Assembly (NCBI GenBank): GCA_964632485.1
Contig: CAZWDO010000006.1
Location: 62,001 to 126,000 of the forward strand
Source of the DNA: an uncultured bacterium
GTDB lineage: Bacteria > JAGOEH01
Direction of reading: 5' to 3'
DNA: 64,000 nucleotides
Part shown: piece after piece, positions 8,897 to 19,547 of the stretch
Layout of the letters: each line of letters begins with the position of its first letter
Position numbering within the stretch: position 1 is the stretch's first letter
Position numbers and translations under genes: made by a program
The notes under the pieces: model-generated
The model's database searches: none
Told to the model about the DNA's origin: nothing
What the model saw: only the letters and a program-made list of their open reading frames with translations

Positions 8897-11237
8897 ATGT
8901 TTCGGTTTTCAATTTACTTGTTTTTGCTGACAACCATTTGGTTGATTGCAATAGTGGCTCAGTCTCCTAAAGTGTTTACAGCTATTCACTGTGATCCCGG
9001 GGAAACCGAGAATTTTCCATTTTTACTGCAATTAGTAGATAGCGCCAACTATTATCAGATACCATTGACTTTGGAATTTACTCCCCAATGGGCGCGAATG
9101 ATCCGAGTGGATACGCAAAAAATGAATCTATTGCGAATTTGGCAATCTCAGGGGCATGAGATTGCCGTTCATCATCATGGTTTAGGCGCTAAATCCTATT
9201 GGGATGGCTATATGTCGAATCCCAACTCTGATAGCATTATAGCTCATGGTTTCAATCCTGACAGCCTGCAAGGCAATATGGATGATTTTTTGACCTTGAT
9301 GCTCCCACTGTCAGGAGATTCCGTTATTCGCACATTGGGTACCGGTGATACTTCCGACTGGATTGCCGGTATTCCTTATCAGAATGATGGCAATTTTTTG
9401 GAACATACCGGATTGCCCGTTGAAACCCGGGTTTATCATGGGAATCATGTATCGCGGGTAGGACAGGTTTTTATGAACCATACGAACCCTGGGCTATTGA
9501 ATGAGGTCACGGCGCTTTATAATTCATCGGCGGCCGATGCGGTCCTTGGGGTAGTTTTTCATGTATATAATTTTAAATATAATCCTTCTCTGTATAGCCG
9601 GTGGTTTGATTTTATTTCGGATAAAAATAGCATGACCGTCAGTGAAATAATTAAGAATAGCGCGCAGTATGTCGATTCATTGATTACCTATATTCCCTCA
9701 TCAGTTGCCGGTGATACGGGTATTGCCGTGCAGGTTATTTTTCCATCATTCGGCCGTTTGGGACCAAAAGGCGCTCCTATTGCGATTATTGCGCAGGGTG
9801 GAAAACTCGGTGGTGGTATCGGGGAGGGGCAAATGGATTTGAAGCGATTTGGAATTGTTGAAATATGTTTTAATTTCCCGGGAAGTGTGGGGGGAATGCC
9901 GGATGTGGCCAGCGGAGGGAGTTATGATTTTCGCGGAGTTGATTGTATCCGCGCCTTCGCTGATGTGATCCGATTTGCCCAGGGTAAACTTGCCGATATC
10001 AATGGTAACACCATTAGCGATTATACTTCTCTGAGAGTCGCAACTGAGAATGTCGGACTGGTGGGTCTTTCCAATGGCGGAAATATTGCGATTGCCGCCC
10101 CGGCAATCCACGCCGCTGAAATCGACTCCTTAGGCTGGATTGTCACCTGGGAATCCCCTGTCGGCGATGCGATGCCCACCGCAGAGGCGGGCAGTCCTCA
10201 TAATACGGATCCCCCCAATCCCTTTACAAATCCGGCTTATAATATAGTTGATGGAACCTTCGATTATTCAAAACTTTCCTACTCTCCATCCGTCTATTAC
10301 CGCAACGATGATCATCAACAATATGATGGGGGACTCTTTTATGATATTAATTCAGATGCGCAATGGGATATAAATTCCGATTTTGCAATTGTTCCGTTTT
10401 TTTATCTGGGTAAATTCCATGCTTCGGAAAACGCGTCGGAATATGCGTGGAGCCACAATTTATATCCGGTTTCACCCCCTGCCCATATTGCGACACTGGA
10501 GGAAACCCGTGAATTTTGGTATTGGCGTAACGGTGAAAAATGGATCGACANNNNNNNNNNACAGTCGGATTGCTACTCAAGATGGATTGATGGCTATTGT
10601 TGTCGGTGGGGATCGGGATCATGGGCAAACCGCTGCTAATCATCCCCATATTGTCAATCAATATACACGTTTCATTCTGGCTGGCGCGCGATTTGCGCGA
10701 TTGAATCCTGATCGCTGCTATATTGATTATATCCAGGGGAGCGCGGTTGCCAATGCGGTCGATAATCCAGCTTTTGCGATAGTAGATTACAGCAATGTGC
10801 GCCAAATGCTGGAACCTTCCGGCGGTAATGGTATTGCCCTCAATATCAGCGTGCCGGCTGCTATTTGCGAATTGATCGATCGCGTGGAATCCAATAATGT
10901 AAATCCTCAAATTGAAGAAATACTTGTTTCCGTGAATGAGGGCAATCTTACATACTCACCGGCATTTCGTGTTTTAACGAATTGCCCGAATCCGTTTAAC
11001 CAGACGACGCGTATTTTCATATACCAGGATGGGAAATATGATTTGGAATTGCAAATTTTTTCGGTAAACGGAGCGCTGGTATATGATGAAAGTCAATCGA
11101 TAAACCAGTCGGGTTGGGTTGAGTTCTTCTGGGATGGCCGCAATAACAACCGGCAACGAGTTGCGTCCGGGGTTTATCTCTACCGGGTGAGCGCCGGGCC
11201 CTACTGTCAGACTCGTTCTATGCTTTTGTTGAAATAG
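8897..11237 (+). CDS. Secreted multidomain protein: NodB/deacetylase-like domain + alpha/beta-hydrolase + FlgD-Ig/T9SS-like C-terminal domain; split by an assembly gap
   Basis: Signal peptide, AIHCDP and GHEIAVHHH, nucleophile elbow GLSNGG, C-terminal NCPNPFN...WDGRNN...VASGVYLYRV...MLLLK. ORFs 8897..10639 and 10383..11237 join across the N run at 10551-10560. Confidence 0.8.
10551..10560. other. Assembly gap (10 N)
   Basis: nnnnnnnnnn in the sequence. Confidence 1.
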
Positions 11238-11349
11238 CTGGAGCTTTTATTCTGCCAGCCGATTTCATCGATCCTCATCGTATAACCGATTGATAAGTAG
11301 CCGAAGGAATAGCAGGTCTGCTAAATATCCAGTATAAATCCCGGAGAAT

Positions 11350-14300
11350 CTATTTCATCAGCATCATCTTGCGCTGTTTAATGATATTGATGGCCGGAAT
11401 TTCAGCGCGAAGCAGATAGATGCCGCTCGGCCAATCGGCGCTGGGCGGCGAAAACCGATGGACACCCGCTGGTAATTGATGCAGCCCTTGCCGAAATAAA
11501 CATTGCCCCTTGAGATCGTAAATCGAAAGTTCCACATCCGCTGGGTAGTTCAATGAGAATACTATTTGCGTCAACTGATTAAATGGGTTGGGGTAATTGG
11601 TCAGCAATGCCAAGGGGCTACGGTTAATAGCCTTATCCGCTTCGTCAACATCGTCAACGCACATCCAACTGCTGGAATACGTGGTGTCGCTTTTATTGCC
11701 GGCCAGGTCGATCGACACAACTCCATACTGGTAACAGCCGGCGGATAATGCTTGCGGATCGCTCCAGATAGTGTCCGGTGTCAGGGAGCAAAGCGGGTAG
11801 GTCATTCCCAATGCATCTTGACGGAAGACCGCATACCCCTGTAAATCGATATCCTGAACCGCTTGCCAGGTGATTTGGATATTCCTGTTGATAAGCTCGA
11901 AATTGAGATATTCAGGTGGGGATGGCGCGATGGTGTCAGGGGCGTTTGGCGTTATGGCGGAAATTGTTGTGTCGATTGTGGTTCCTTCCGGTAATAAAGC
12001 AAAAATCCGAATAGTATATTCCCTGTCGGGAGTTAATGGATTGAATAGCAGTTGATGATCTGTTAAGTAGTTATCTTCGGCAATCGTAAAAAGTAGATCG
12101 TTTTCTCCGTTGAAATAGATCTCGGCGATAGCGCGGCAGGGCCGGTTAACGCTAAAATCTACCCGGATGATGCGATCGGACGCATAGGCTATATAAGGAG
12201 TCTGGTCAAACTGAAGTTGTGGAGGAGTTTCACTCTCTGCGCTGATCGTTTCCCAGTCGGATTGATGAAATATCTGGCCGAAATAATCATCGGTTTGCAA
12301 TTGTTGATAGGCATCACCTTCAATGGGTAACGGGTACACAATTAATAGATGATCCAAAGTAAAATCGGGTTCAAAATACCAGTAACCGTTTGCCTGCTGG
12401 GGTTGAAGATTGATGCAGCTTTGTCCCGTGCCGGGCAATGGGGTTTGCCATTGGAACAGGAAATAGTCGTCTGTTTGAATCGTTTGGGGGGGGTGTGGCA
12501 GGGATTGGATGATCGTCGGCTCATGGTGGCCCTGGGTGGCAAATTGAAGCGGGGGAGTCGCTTCAGACTCATTTCCCAAAAAATCGAAGATCGTGATTCC
12601 CACCGTATAGGAGGAGATGGGTTCCAAGTAATGTAGGATTGGCATTTGCTCGGGCAGATAATCGGGTGATTCCTTGGCATAGACCAATTGTTGGTTTGAG
12701 TTGCGGACTGTTAAGGAGTATCCAGCAGGTTCATTTGTTTTCCAGCGGATAATGGCAATCGAGTCATAAGCGACGATGAGATATGGCAGGGAATTGAAGC
12801 GTGGGGCGGAACTGTCCGCGGTGGTACTGGTGGAAAATTCGTTACCGCTCATGGCCGTTAAATCCCATTTCTGTTCGGTGAAGAGGCTTTTTTGTCCCCG
12901 CCATTGATAGGTATTGCCGGCAGGATCCGTAAACCAGCCTTCCGCGCTGTAGCGGGTGTTTTTCCGGAGTCGCGAAAAAATGAAGGAATGATCGACCCTG
13001 TATTCTGAATGGACAACACTATCGATCAGGGTTCCCCGGTAATAAAGGTAGATTTTCCCCTCGCAGGCTTCATCGAAGCGAAACCGCATGGATATCCGGT
13101 GGGTATCGGTGATCAGATGCGCGCCTTCCATCAGCATGGGCGCGCGGGTATCCTCCAACGGCAGAGTTTTAAACGGAATATCTACAACTGAATAGCGGAT
13201 TGAAACTATGGCAGGTTGCCGATTGCCAATGGACAAGGTATAGGTATGACCCGGCATTAGATGGGTAAAAAGTACACGGTGCTCCATTTTTGCCGTATCG
13301 GATGATTCTTCTATCAGGCTATCCCCGTTGGCATCAATCAACCGGCATCGGCCGATCTGGGGTCGATCGGTTTCCCAGGCGATGAGCGTTCGGTCGGAAC
13401 CGAGATACTCAATCCGGGGTTTGACGGTCCATTCGAACTGTTTTTCAGGAATGAAGCTGAGTGTACTGAACGAGTCGATCGCCGTCTGGCCACACGGTTG
13501 AAAATTTTCGGGTGTGAGAAAATCAAGATAATAAATAACGCTCTTTCCCGCTTCCAGTTGTTCCAGATCAACAGAAAAGTAACGATTATTGGATGATTGG
13601 GGAGTTGATTCAAGCCATGTTTCATTCATTTGGCGGTAGTAGAAGCGGCAGAAGACCGGGCGGTCAGTTTCCCATCGGAGGCGGGCTTTTTGATCGCTGA
13701 GAAATGTCAGACGCGGCGCGATCGTCCATTCAATGGGATAGGCAATGGTAAAGAGTGGTGAATGGAAACCGTTTGATGGATCGGTTGGCGTTGTGATTTG
13801 AAGCTGCCAGGTTGTTCCCAATTGAGTGGGGATTTGCCATTGATACCCGGAATTGTTAGTGATTAAAGAGGTAAGTTCGCTGAATTCGGCTGTGGAATCG
13901 GCGCGCGAATAGAGTTGGATTTGGGGGGCGTAACCATTAGTTTGCCAGGTGATGGAATCAGCTTCTCCGGCGATATAGCGGGTCGTGGAATCAGGTTTAA
14001 TAAAAACGATGCGTAGCGTGTCGTGGATGATAAAGGGGGCGCTATTGGTTGCGCTGATGGTTGAATCGGCTGCATCACGCAGGCGCAGAAAACAGGTAGC
14101 GGAACGGATACCGCTGGGGATTTGCCATAGGTAGTCTCCATCATTCGGGGTACTGGCTGTGATCGTTTGCCAGGACTGGTTTAACCCGGCGCGATAATCG
14201 ATCCGGAGTGTATCAATCTCACCCGCGCTTTGCCATTGGATAGAAACCGGCCCCCCGTTGTAGAGATAGTTGCCCGCTGCTGGCGCGATAAGAGTGAGAG

Positions 14301-17300
14301 TACGGCGGGGTGTAATCCGAAAATTTGCAGTTGAAGCGCTCTGATAGGTTGTATCGGTTTGAAAAACCACTTTGATGCGGCAACTGTCTGATACGGCCGA
14401 ATCAGGAATACTCCAGACCCAGCTACCGGTATCGCGGACCATTTGTCCCATGGAATTTTTTTGTTTGTCGGCAGTCGTTAATAACTGATAATTCGCGCCG
14501 GCGTGGCGGGAAAAATAAATGCTGACAGGGCCCGAGAGTTCGGTTAATACCCAGCGGATTGTTTTTAGGGTAGTGGATTCCCATATTTCTCCACCTAAAG
14601 GGCTTAGCAGTGATACTGCAGGATTTTCCAGTGTGGTGAAGGTCATATCGCTGCCATGGACTGTTGAACTGGCTTCATTCGTAGCATTGATGCGATAATG
14701 ATAGGTTGTGTGGGGTTGGAGGTTGGTTAAGGGCGAGGTCACACTGACGGTTTGATTGCCGCTAATGGTAGCGGGAGTTGCCGCGGCGGTATTCCCGTAA
14801 GAGGACGTGGCGCCCCATTCAAACCAAACCGTGGCGCTACCGCCGGATGGATTGACACTGCCTCGCAGTGTGGCTAGGGTTTGGCTAATGTTTGTAGCGC
14901 TTTGCGTGGTGACGGTGGGTAAGGCCAAAGCCGTTGTGAATTGGGTTTCGGCGCTGTAGGCCGTTCCTAAGCTGTTGGTGGCATAAGCGCGGAGATAATA
15001 TAACGTATGCGGAGTTAGATTGGTGAGGTTGGCTGAAAATGCTCCGGTCGTTCCGGCTACACTTTGTTTTGTTCCTGAACTGGTGGTCGGAGTGGGGGAA
15101 GTTCCGTAAACAAAGCCGCGTTCCGTGATAGCGGAACCGCCATCATCGGTTACCGAGGAACTGGCTGAGGCCCCACTGGAAGTAATGTTCTGTACCACCG
15201 GCGGTGAGAGTGTCGGAGTTGAGCTCATCTGCCACCAGGCTACAAACCCGTCCCGCATTCCGGCCTGAACGGCCTGTGAGGCTCCCGCGGTAATCGGGAA
15301 CTCTGTTGTTGAAGTGGTTGTCCCGCATATATAAACATTTGAGTTGACTATCAAAATGCCGTTGACTTCTTCTTCATTGTCCCCGCTCGGTACAGATACA
15401 GGCAATTCTCCGCCAAAATAGGTAATCCATTCTCCCTGGGTGAGACTATTGTTGAATTGGGCGATAAATCCATCTTGCGCGCCGCTGATAATTGACGCCC
15501 ATGCATTTTCCGTGACACAGAAATCGGTGGAATTGGTTCCCCCGCTGACCCAAACATCATTATTGGCGGCGGTTGTAACGTAGCTGGCCCCTTCATTGGA
15601 CGAGCCGCCAATAAAAGTGCTGGAATTGATCTGGCTGAGACTGCTATTGAGACCTGTAACATACGCTTCTTTTCCGGTAGGCGTGGCGCGGTAGCTGCCG
15701 GCGGTAATTGGATAATCGGGAGAATCGGTATCGCCGCAGACCCAGACCTGGCCATCGCTTCCCAAATGGACGAAAAGGGCTTGTTCATAAGCGCTACCAC
15801 CTAAATAAGTGCTATTGACCAATCCGGTCAGGTGGTTGTTCAGGCAGGCGACAACAGCATCGCGGTCTCCGTTTTGCGTGGCATCGTAGGGAGAGTCTCC
15901 CATGGGGAAGCCGCCGCCGATATTTCCGCCGCAGACATAGATTCCGTTGGCGTTGCAGTCCACGCTCCATAGTACATCAAAATTAGCGCTGCCGAGATAA
16001 GTGGAGGCGATCAATCCGGTCAGACAGGGATATAGAATAGTAACAACTCCGTCCTGGCCGCCGCCATAGATTGTTTGGTAAGATAGCCCATATATATTTG
16101 CGGTGGGGTAATTGCTGGATTGACTCACACCGCTCAAGACGATGTTTCCATCATTGTCGATATCGATGCCCATTCCGTAATCATAACCGCTCCCGCCCAG
16201 ATAAGTGGCGCTATTGAGCGTATTAAGGTCGCTATTGAGACATGCCACAAAAAAATCATTGCTTCCTGCCAGGGTTGACTGGTAACATCCCGGAGTTACC
16301 GGAAAATCGCTGGAATAAGTGGTGCCAGTAATATAGACATTGCCGTTATCGGCGATGGCAATGGGATTGCCGGCGTATTTATAGCCTTCATCCGCGCTGC
16401 CTCCCAGGTAAGTCAGGCTTTTGAGGATAGTGAGGTCGGCAGAATAGCGCGCGATAAAAGCATCGGCCGATCCACTCAATTGGGTGTCGTAGGGAGGATT
16501 GCTTCCCGTTAATCCTGCCGACCAGGTCATTCCTGAAACATATATATCCCCATTGGACCCGTGTTTAATATTTTTCATCGGCCGGTCGTCTCCGCTGCCG
16601 CCCAGATAGGTGCATCCGCTTAAAGTCGGATCGATCACCAGAATGCGCTTGGGATCGTAGTTGGGTATTTGGTACCGGAGGTTTCGATTTTCATTTAAAA
16701 CAAAACAGCCATCAACCGGGCGGATCACTCCACCAATATTTTGGTAAAGAGTTGGTTTTTCCTCACGCAGGATGCCGCCGGGCCAATATACCAACAATTC
16801 TCCCGCTTCCCCAATCATGAGTGAGTCAGCGCCTTCATAACCCCACTCAATACATGAATAATCGGCGCCTGGATTGACGATCCAGTCATATTTTAACTCT
16901 CCCTGATGGATATAGAACAGCGCGCTGATTCCCGGATAGATTTCCGGGTACTCGATTTGAGAATAGGTCGGCAGATCACGCTGCCATAAAGTCGGATCAT
17001 TCCCCTTAAATCGATTGACTCGTGTCGGGGTCGGATTGCTGGTAAGGGGTATTGACAGGGGATTTTTATTGTGTATGATCATGTTGAGTGTATGTTCTTC
17101 CGTTATTAGTGAACGTTCACTTGCGTCGGGGGCATAGCTGGAGGCTTTATGATCAAAGTAGTAAAACCTAATTTTGTCCCCTTCAAAAATAGCGGAACCT
17201 CCACTCCATGTTAAGTTATAGATTGGTTCATTGAGCGCCGCGCCCTCCGTTTGCACAAAAAACGGAAGGGAATTGGGGGCCGAAGCCTTTACCAAACTTA

Positions 17301-17337
17301 GAGTCAGAGTCAGAATTATAAAAATTCGAGGTATCAT
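11350..17337 (-). CDS. 1995-aa secreted surface protein: SBBP-type beta-propeller repeats, FN3/Ig-like domains, C-terminal T9SS-like sorting domain
   Basis: Signal peptide; N-terminal IYPGI..LKYDWIVNPGAD..IDP module; many TYLGGSG.D / S.DFPVTPG.YQ repeats; FN3 motifs (LTPHTLYYLRAYATNSLGTAY); SPLGGEIW-type Ig domains; NYPNPFN...SGIYLLR...KMMLMK. Confidence 0.9.
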   Translation of the reverse strand: MIPRIFIILTLTLSLVKASAPNSLPFFVQTEGAALNEPIYNLTWSGGSAIFEGDKIRFYYFDHKASSYAPDASERSLITEEHTLNMIIHNKNPLSIPLTSNPTPTRVNRFKGNDPTLWQRDLPTYSQIEYPEIYPGISALFYIHQGELKYDWIVNPGADYSCIEWGYEGADSLMIGEAGELLVYWPGGILREEKPTLYQNIGGVIRPVDGCFVLNENRNLRYQIPNYDPKRILVIDPTLSGCTYLGGSGDDRPMKNIKHGSNGDIYVSGMTWSAGLTGSNPPYDTQLSGSADAFIARYSADLTILKSLTYLGGSADEGYKYAGNPIAIADNGNVYITGTTYSSDFPVTPGCYQSTLAGSNDFFVACLNSDLNTLNSATYLGGSGYDYGMGIDIDNDGNIVLSGVSQSSNYPTANIYGLSYQTIYGGGQDGVVTILYPCLTGLIASTYLGSANFDVLWSVDCNANGIYVCGGNIGGGFPMGDSPYDATQNGDRDAVVACLNNHLTGLVNSTYLGGSAYEQALFVHLGSDGQVWVCGDTDSPDYPITAGSYRATPTGKEAYVTGLNSSLSQINSSTFIGGSSNEGASYVTTAANNDVWVSGGTNSTDFCVTENAWASIISGAQDGFIAQFNNSLTQGEWITYFGGELPVSVPSGDNEEEVNGILIVNSNVYICGTTTSTTEFPITAGASQAVQAGMRDGFVAWWQMSSTPTLSPPVVQNITSSGASASSSVTDDGGSAITERGFVYGTSPTPTTSSGTKQSVAGTTGAFSANLTNLTPHTLYYLRAYATNSLGTAYSAETQFTTALALPTVTTQSATNISQTLATLRGSVNPSGGSATVWFEWGATSSYGNTAAATPATISGNQTVSVTSPLTNLQPHTTYHYRINATNEASSTVHGSDMTFTTLENPAVSLLSPLGGEIWESTTLKTIRWVLTELSGPVSIYFSRHAGANYQLLTTADKQKNSMGQMVRDTGSWVWSIPDSAVSDSCRIKVVFQTDTTYQSASTANFRITPRRTLTLIAPAAGNYLYNGGPVSIQWQSAGEIDTLRIDYRAGLNQSWQTITASTPNDGDYLWQIPSGIRSATCFLRLRDAADSTISATNSAPFIIHDTLRIVFIKPDSTTRYIAGEADSITWQTNGYAPQIQLYSRADSTAEFSELTSLITNNSGYQWQIPTQLGTTWQLQITTPTDPSNGFHSPLFTIAYPIEWTIAPRLTFLSDQKARLRWETDRPVFCRFYYRQMNETWLESTPQSSNNRYFSVDLEQLEAGKSVIYYLDFLTPENFQPCGQTAIDSFSTLSFIPEKQFEWTVKPRIEYLGSDRTLIAWETDRPQIGRCRLIDANGDSLIEESSDTAKMEHRVLFTHLMPGHTYTLSIGNRQPAIVSIRYSVVDIPFKTLPLEDTRAPMLMEGAHLITDTHRISMRFRFDEACEGKIYLYYRGTLIDSVVHSEYRVDHSFIFSRLRKNTRYSAEGWFTDPAGNTYQWRGQKSLFTEQKWDLTAMSGNEFSTSTTADSSAPRFNSLPYLIVAYDSIAIIRWKTNEPAGYSLTVRNSNQQLVYAKESPDYLPEQMPILHYLEPISSYTVGITIFDFLGNESEATPPLQFATQGHHEPTIIQSLPHPPQTIQTDDYFLFQWQTPLPGTGQSCINLQPQQANGYWYFEPDFTLDHLLIVYPLPIEGDAYQQLQTDDYFGQIFHQSDWETISAESETPPQLQFDQTPYIAYASDRIIRVDFSVNRPCRAIAEIYFNGENDLLFTIAEDNYLTDHQLLFNPLTPDREYTIRIFALLPEGTTIDTTISAITPNAPDTIAPSPPEYLNFELINRNIQITWQAVQDIDLQGYAVFRQDALGMTYPLCSLTPDTIWSDPQALSAGCYQYGVVSIDLAGNKSDTTYSSSWMCVDDVDEADKAINRSPLALLTNYPNPFNQLTQIVFSLNYPADVELSIYDLKGQCLFRQGLHQLPAGVHRFSPPSADWPSGIYLLRAEIPAINIIKQRKMMLMK

Positions 17338-17746
17338 TTCTCTCTCCTTAATTTAAATCATAAATAATTACCAATTCCATAATCGTTGCCTTCTGTTGCT
17401 GTAAGGCATGATTGTGAATGAACGGTTTCACAGATTAATATAATCCAACTCGGAAGTTTTGTCAAATCAATAAATTTTCAGCATGCAGTTAATACAAAAT
17501 TTTAAGCATCACTCATTTTTTTATCTTATGCCATATAACGCTGACAGGGTTGGATTATAAATTTAATGGATCTGTATTCTCACCCTATATACTTGTCCAA
17601 AATACGGGGATGACCAAGCGGCTCTGAACCAGCCTGATAGGTATCCCTCAGAGGTTTTTTTTATAAGAATGGGATACCAGGTAAAACTGATTAATTAAAA
17701 AATAATAATTTACTTGACAGCATCGATAAAGAACCTTAAATTAAGT

Positions 17747-19471
17747 ATGATGAATCAGAATGAAACTACCGTGGAAAATAGAATTGTCCTTCAACCAGAA
17801 CGGCATTATATGTCCTGGATTTTTATTCCTCCGTTGTTAGAAGCCCCCCCGGCCTGGTTAGTTAGTTTTTTTTTAGCGCTTATTGTTCTATTATTATTGA
17901 TTATTATTGTTTTAATCATCCAAATTCATAAAAAAAACCGTTTGCAGCATCAATTATTTCAAAGCGAATATCGGTTTCGATCGTTTTTTGAATCGATGAA
18001 TGAAGCCGTCGCTCTTCATCGTGTTGTCTATAATGACCGAAACGAAGCGCTAGATTATCAGTTGTTGGATATCAACCCGGCTTATTCCCGGATCATCGGT
18101 TTTAGCCGTGAACAGGCAGTCAATGCATTGGCCTCCCGGTTGTATGGAACGAATACTCCTCCCTATATTGATATTTTCAGTCAGGTTGTGGCAAGCGGTG
18201 AACCAAAGCAGATGGAGATATATTTTCCCCCTTTGGATAAATTTTTTTTAGTATCGACGATTGCGACGGGTTCCGGTGAATTTGCCACTCTCACATTGGA
18301 TTTGACTGCTCGGGTCCGGGCTGAAAAACTGCTTAAAGAGAAAACTGATGAATTGGAACGAATTTTCAATTTGATGACCGATATGGTTTGCGTGGTTGAT
18401 CTGGAAGGTATTTTTTTAAAAGTGAATCCCCAGTTTGAACGGGCGCTTGGTTTTAAGGCTGAAGAAATGGTTGGCCACAATTTCTTTGAATTTATTCATC
18501 CCGATGATATCCGGGACAGCCGGGAAGCGCTTGCCCAATTGTCGCAAGAGAGTCCCAATATCAATTTTATCAATCGGTATCGCTCCAAAGATGGCAAGTG
18601 GCATTATCTTGAATGGTTTTCACGTACCCATGGTTCGCTGTTATATGCGGTGGCCCACGATGTAACAGAACGGCTTCTAACTGAAAATAAACGGGAATTA
18701 TTGGTTAATGAATTGAAACAAAAAAATCAGGAACTTGAAAGTTTATTTAATGTGATTTCCCACGATCTGCGTTCGCCTCTGATCAATATACTTGGATTCA
18801 GCCAGATACTGGAGCAAACGATGGATGAATTTTTTCAGTTGCTTACGAAAAGCCTGCCGAGCTTAGAAATTCCCCATGAATTGAATAAAATGGTTAAGGA
18901 GGAATTGCCGAGGACGGTTGATTTTATCACCAGCAATGTGACCCGTATGGATAGAATGTTGAGCGCGATTCTGCGTTTATCGCGGACCGGTCAGATAGTT
19001 TTAAATTCCACTTTATTAGATATGAACGAATTGGTAACCACCGCACTGGATTCCCTTTCTTTTCTACAACATCAGGTGAATGCCGAGATCGAGATATCCC
19101 CCCTGCCCGCCGCTAATGGAGATAAAATCCTACTTTCGCAAGTCATTAGCAATATTTTAGAGAATGCGATGAAATATCGGGATACTGAACGGAGTTTGAA
19201 AATAACGGTGAGTGGCTCCATTCAGGGGGAAAAAGTGACAATCATTTTTCGTGATAATGGGATAGGTATCGATTCCCCGCAAATTGATAAAATATGGGAA
19301 ATTTTTAATCGGGCGGTTTCTGATTCGAATATCCCCGGCGATGGCATCGGTCTGACTATTTGCCGCTGGATCATTCATCGCCATGGGGGCCGCATTTGGG
19401 TCGAATCTGAACCCGGCAAAGGTTCTTGTTTCTGTTTTGAACTTCCATTAAATAAAAATGAGTATGAATAA
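17747..19471 (+). CDS. Membrane-anchored PAS-PAS sensor histidine kinase (orphan)
   Basis: One TM helix, two PAS domains (LDINPAY; FIHPDD), H-box SHDLRSPL, NILENAMKY, DNGIG, GIGL. The start is uncertain (17714 TTG, 17747 or 17810). Confidence 0.92.
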   Translation: MMNQNETTVENRIVLQPERHYMSWIFIPPLLEAPPAWLVSFFLALIVLLLLIIIVLIIQIHKKNRLQHQLFQSEYRFRSFFESMNEAVALHRVVYNDRNEALDYQLLDINPAYSRIIGFSREQAVNALASRLYGTNTPPYIDIFSQVVASGEPKQMEIYFPPLDKFFLVSTIATGSGEFATLTLDLTARVRAEKLLKEKTDELERIFNLMTDMVCVVDLEGIFLKVNPQFERALGFKAEEMVGHNFFEFIHPDDIRDSREALAQLSQESPNINFINRYRSKDGKWHYLEWFSRTHGSLLYAVAHDVTERLLTENKRELLVNELKQKNQELESLFNVISHDLRSPLINILGFSQILEQTMDEFFQLLTKSLPSLEIPHELNKMVKEELPRTVDFITSNVTRMDRMLSAILRLSRTGQIVLNSTLLDMNELVTTALDSLSFLQHQVNAEIEISPLPAANGDKILLSQVISNILENAMKYRDTERSLKITVSGSIQGEKVTIIFRDNGIGIDSPQIDKIWEIFNRAVSDSNIPGDGIGLTICRWIIHRHGGRIWVESEPGKGSCFCFELPLNKNEYE

Positions 19472-19547
19472 ACGTTTACATAAAAGCAATATTAATTGTT
19501 TCGGAGGGAAAAATGTCTGTGATCATTAGAATAGCGGAAGTATAATT

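Noticed and set aside
10347-10910. Minus-strand ORF across the gap, and a pseudogene call for 8897..11237
   Set aside because: The ORF is an antisense shadow, and the frame break coincides with the N gap.
15200-16650. Repeats as CRISPR or DGR-type elements
   Set aside because: They are degenerate protein-level SBBP repeats; there are no identical spaced DNA repeats and no RT or cas gene.
17600-17690. TPP riboswitch or hammerhead ribozyme
   Set aside because: Core motifs are absent: no CUGAGA...CUGAU arrangement, and CUGAUAG rather than CUGAUGA with no GAAA.
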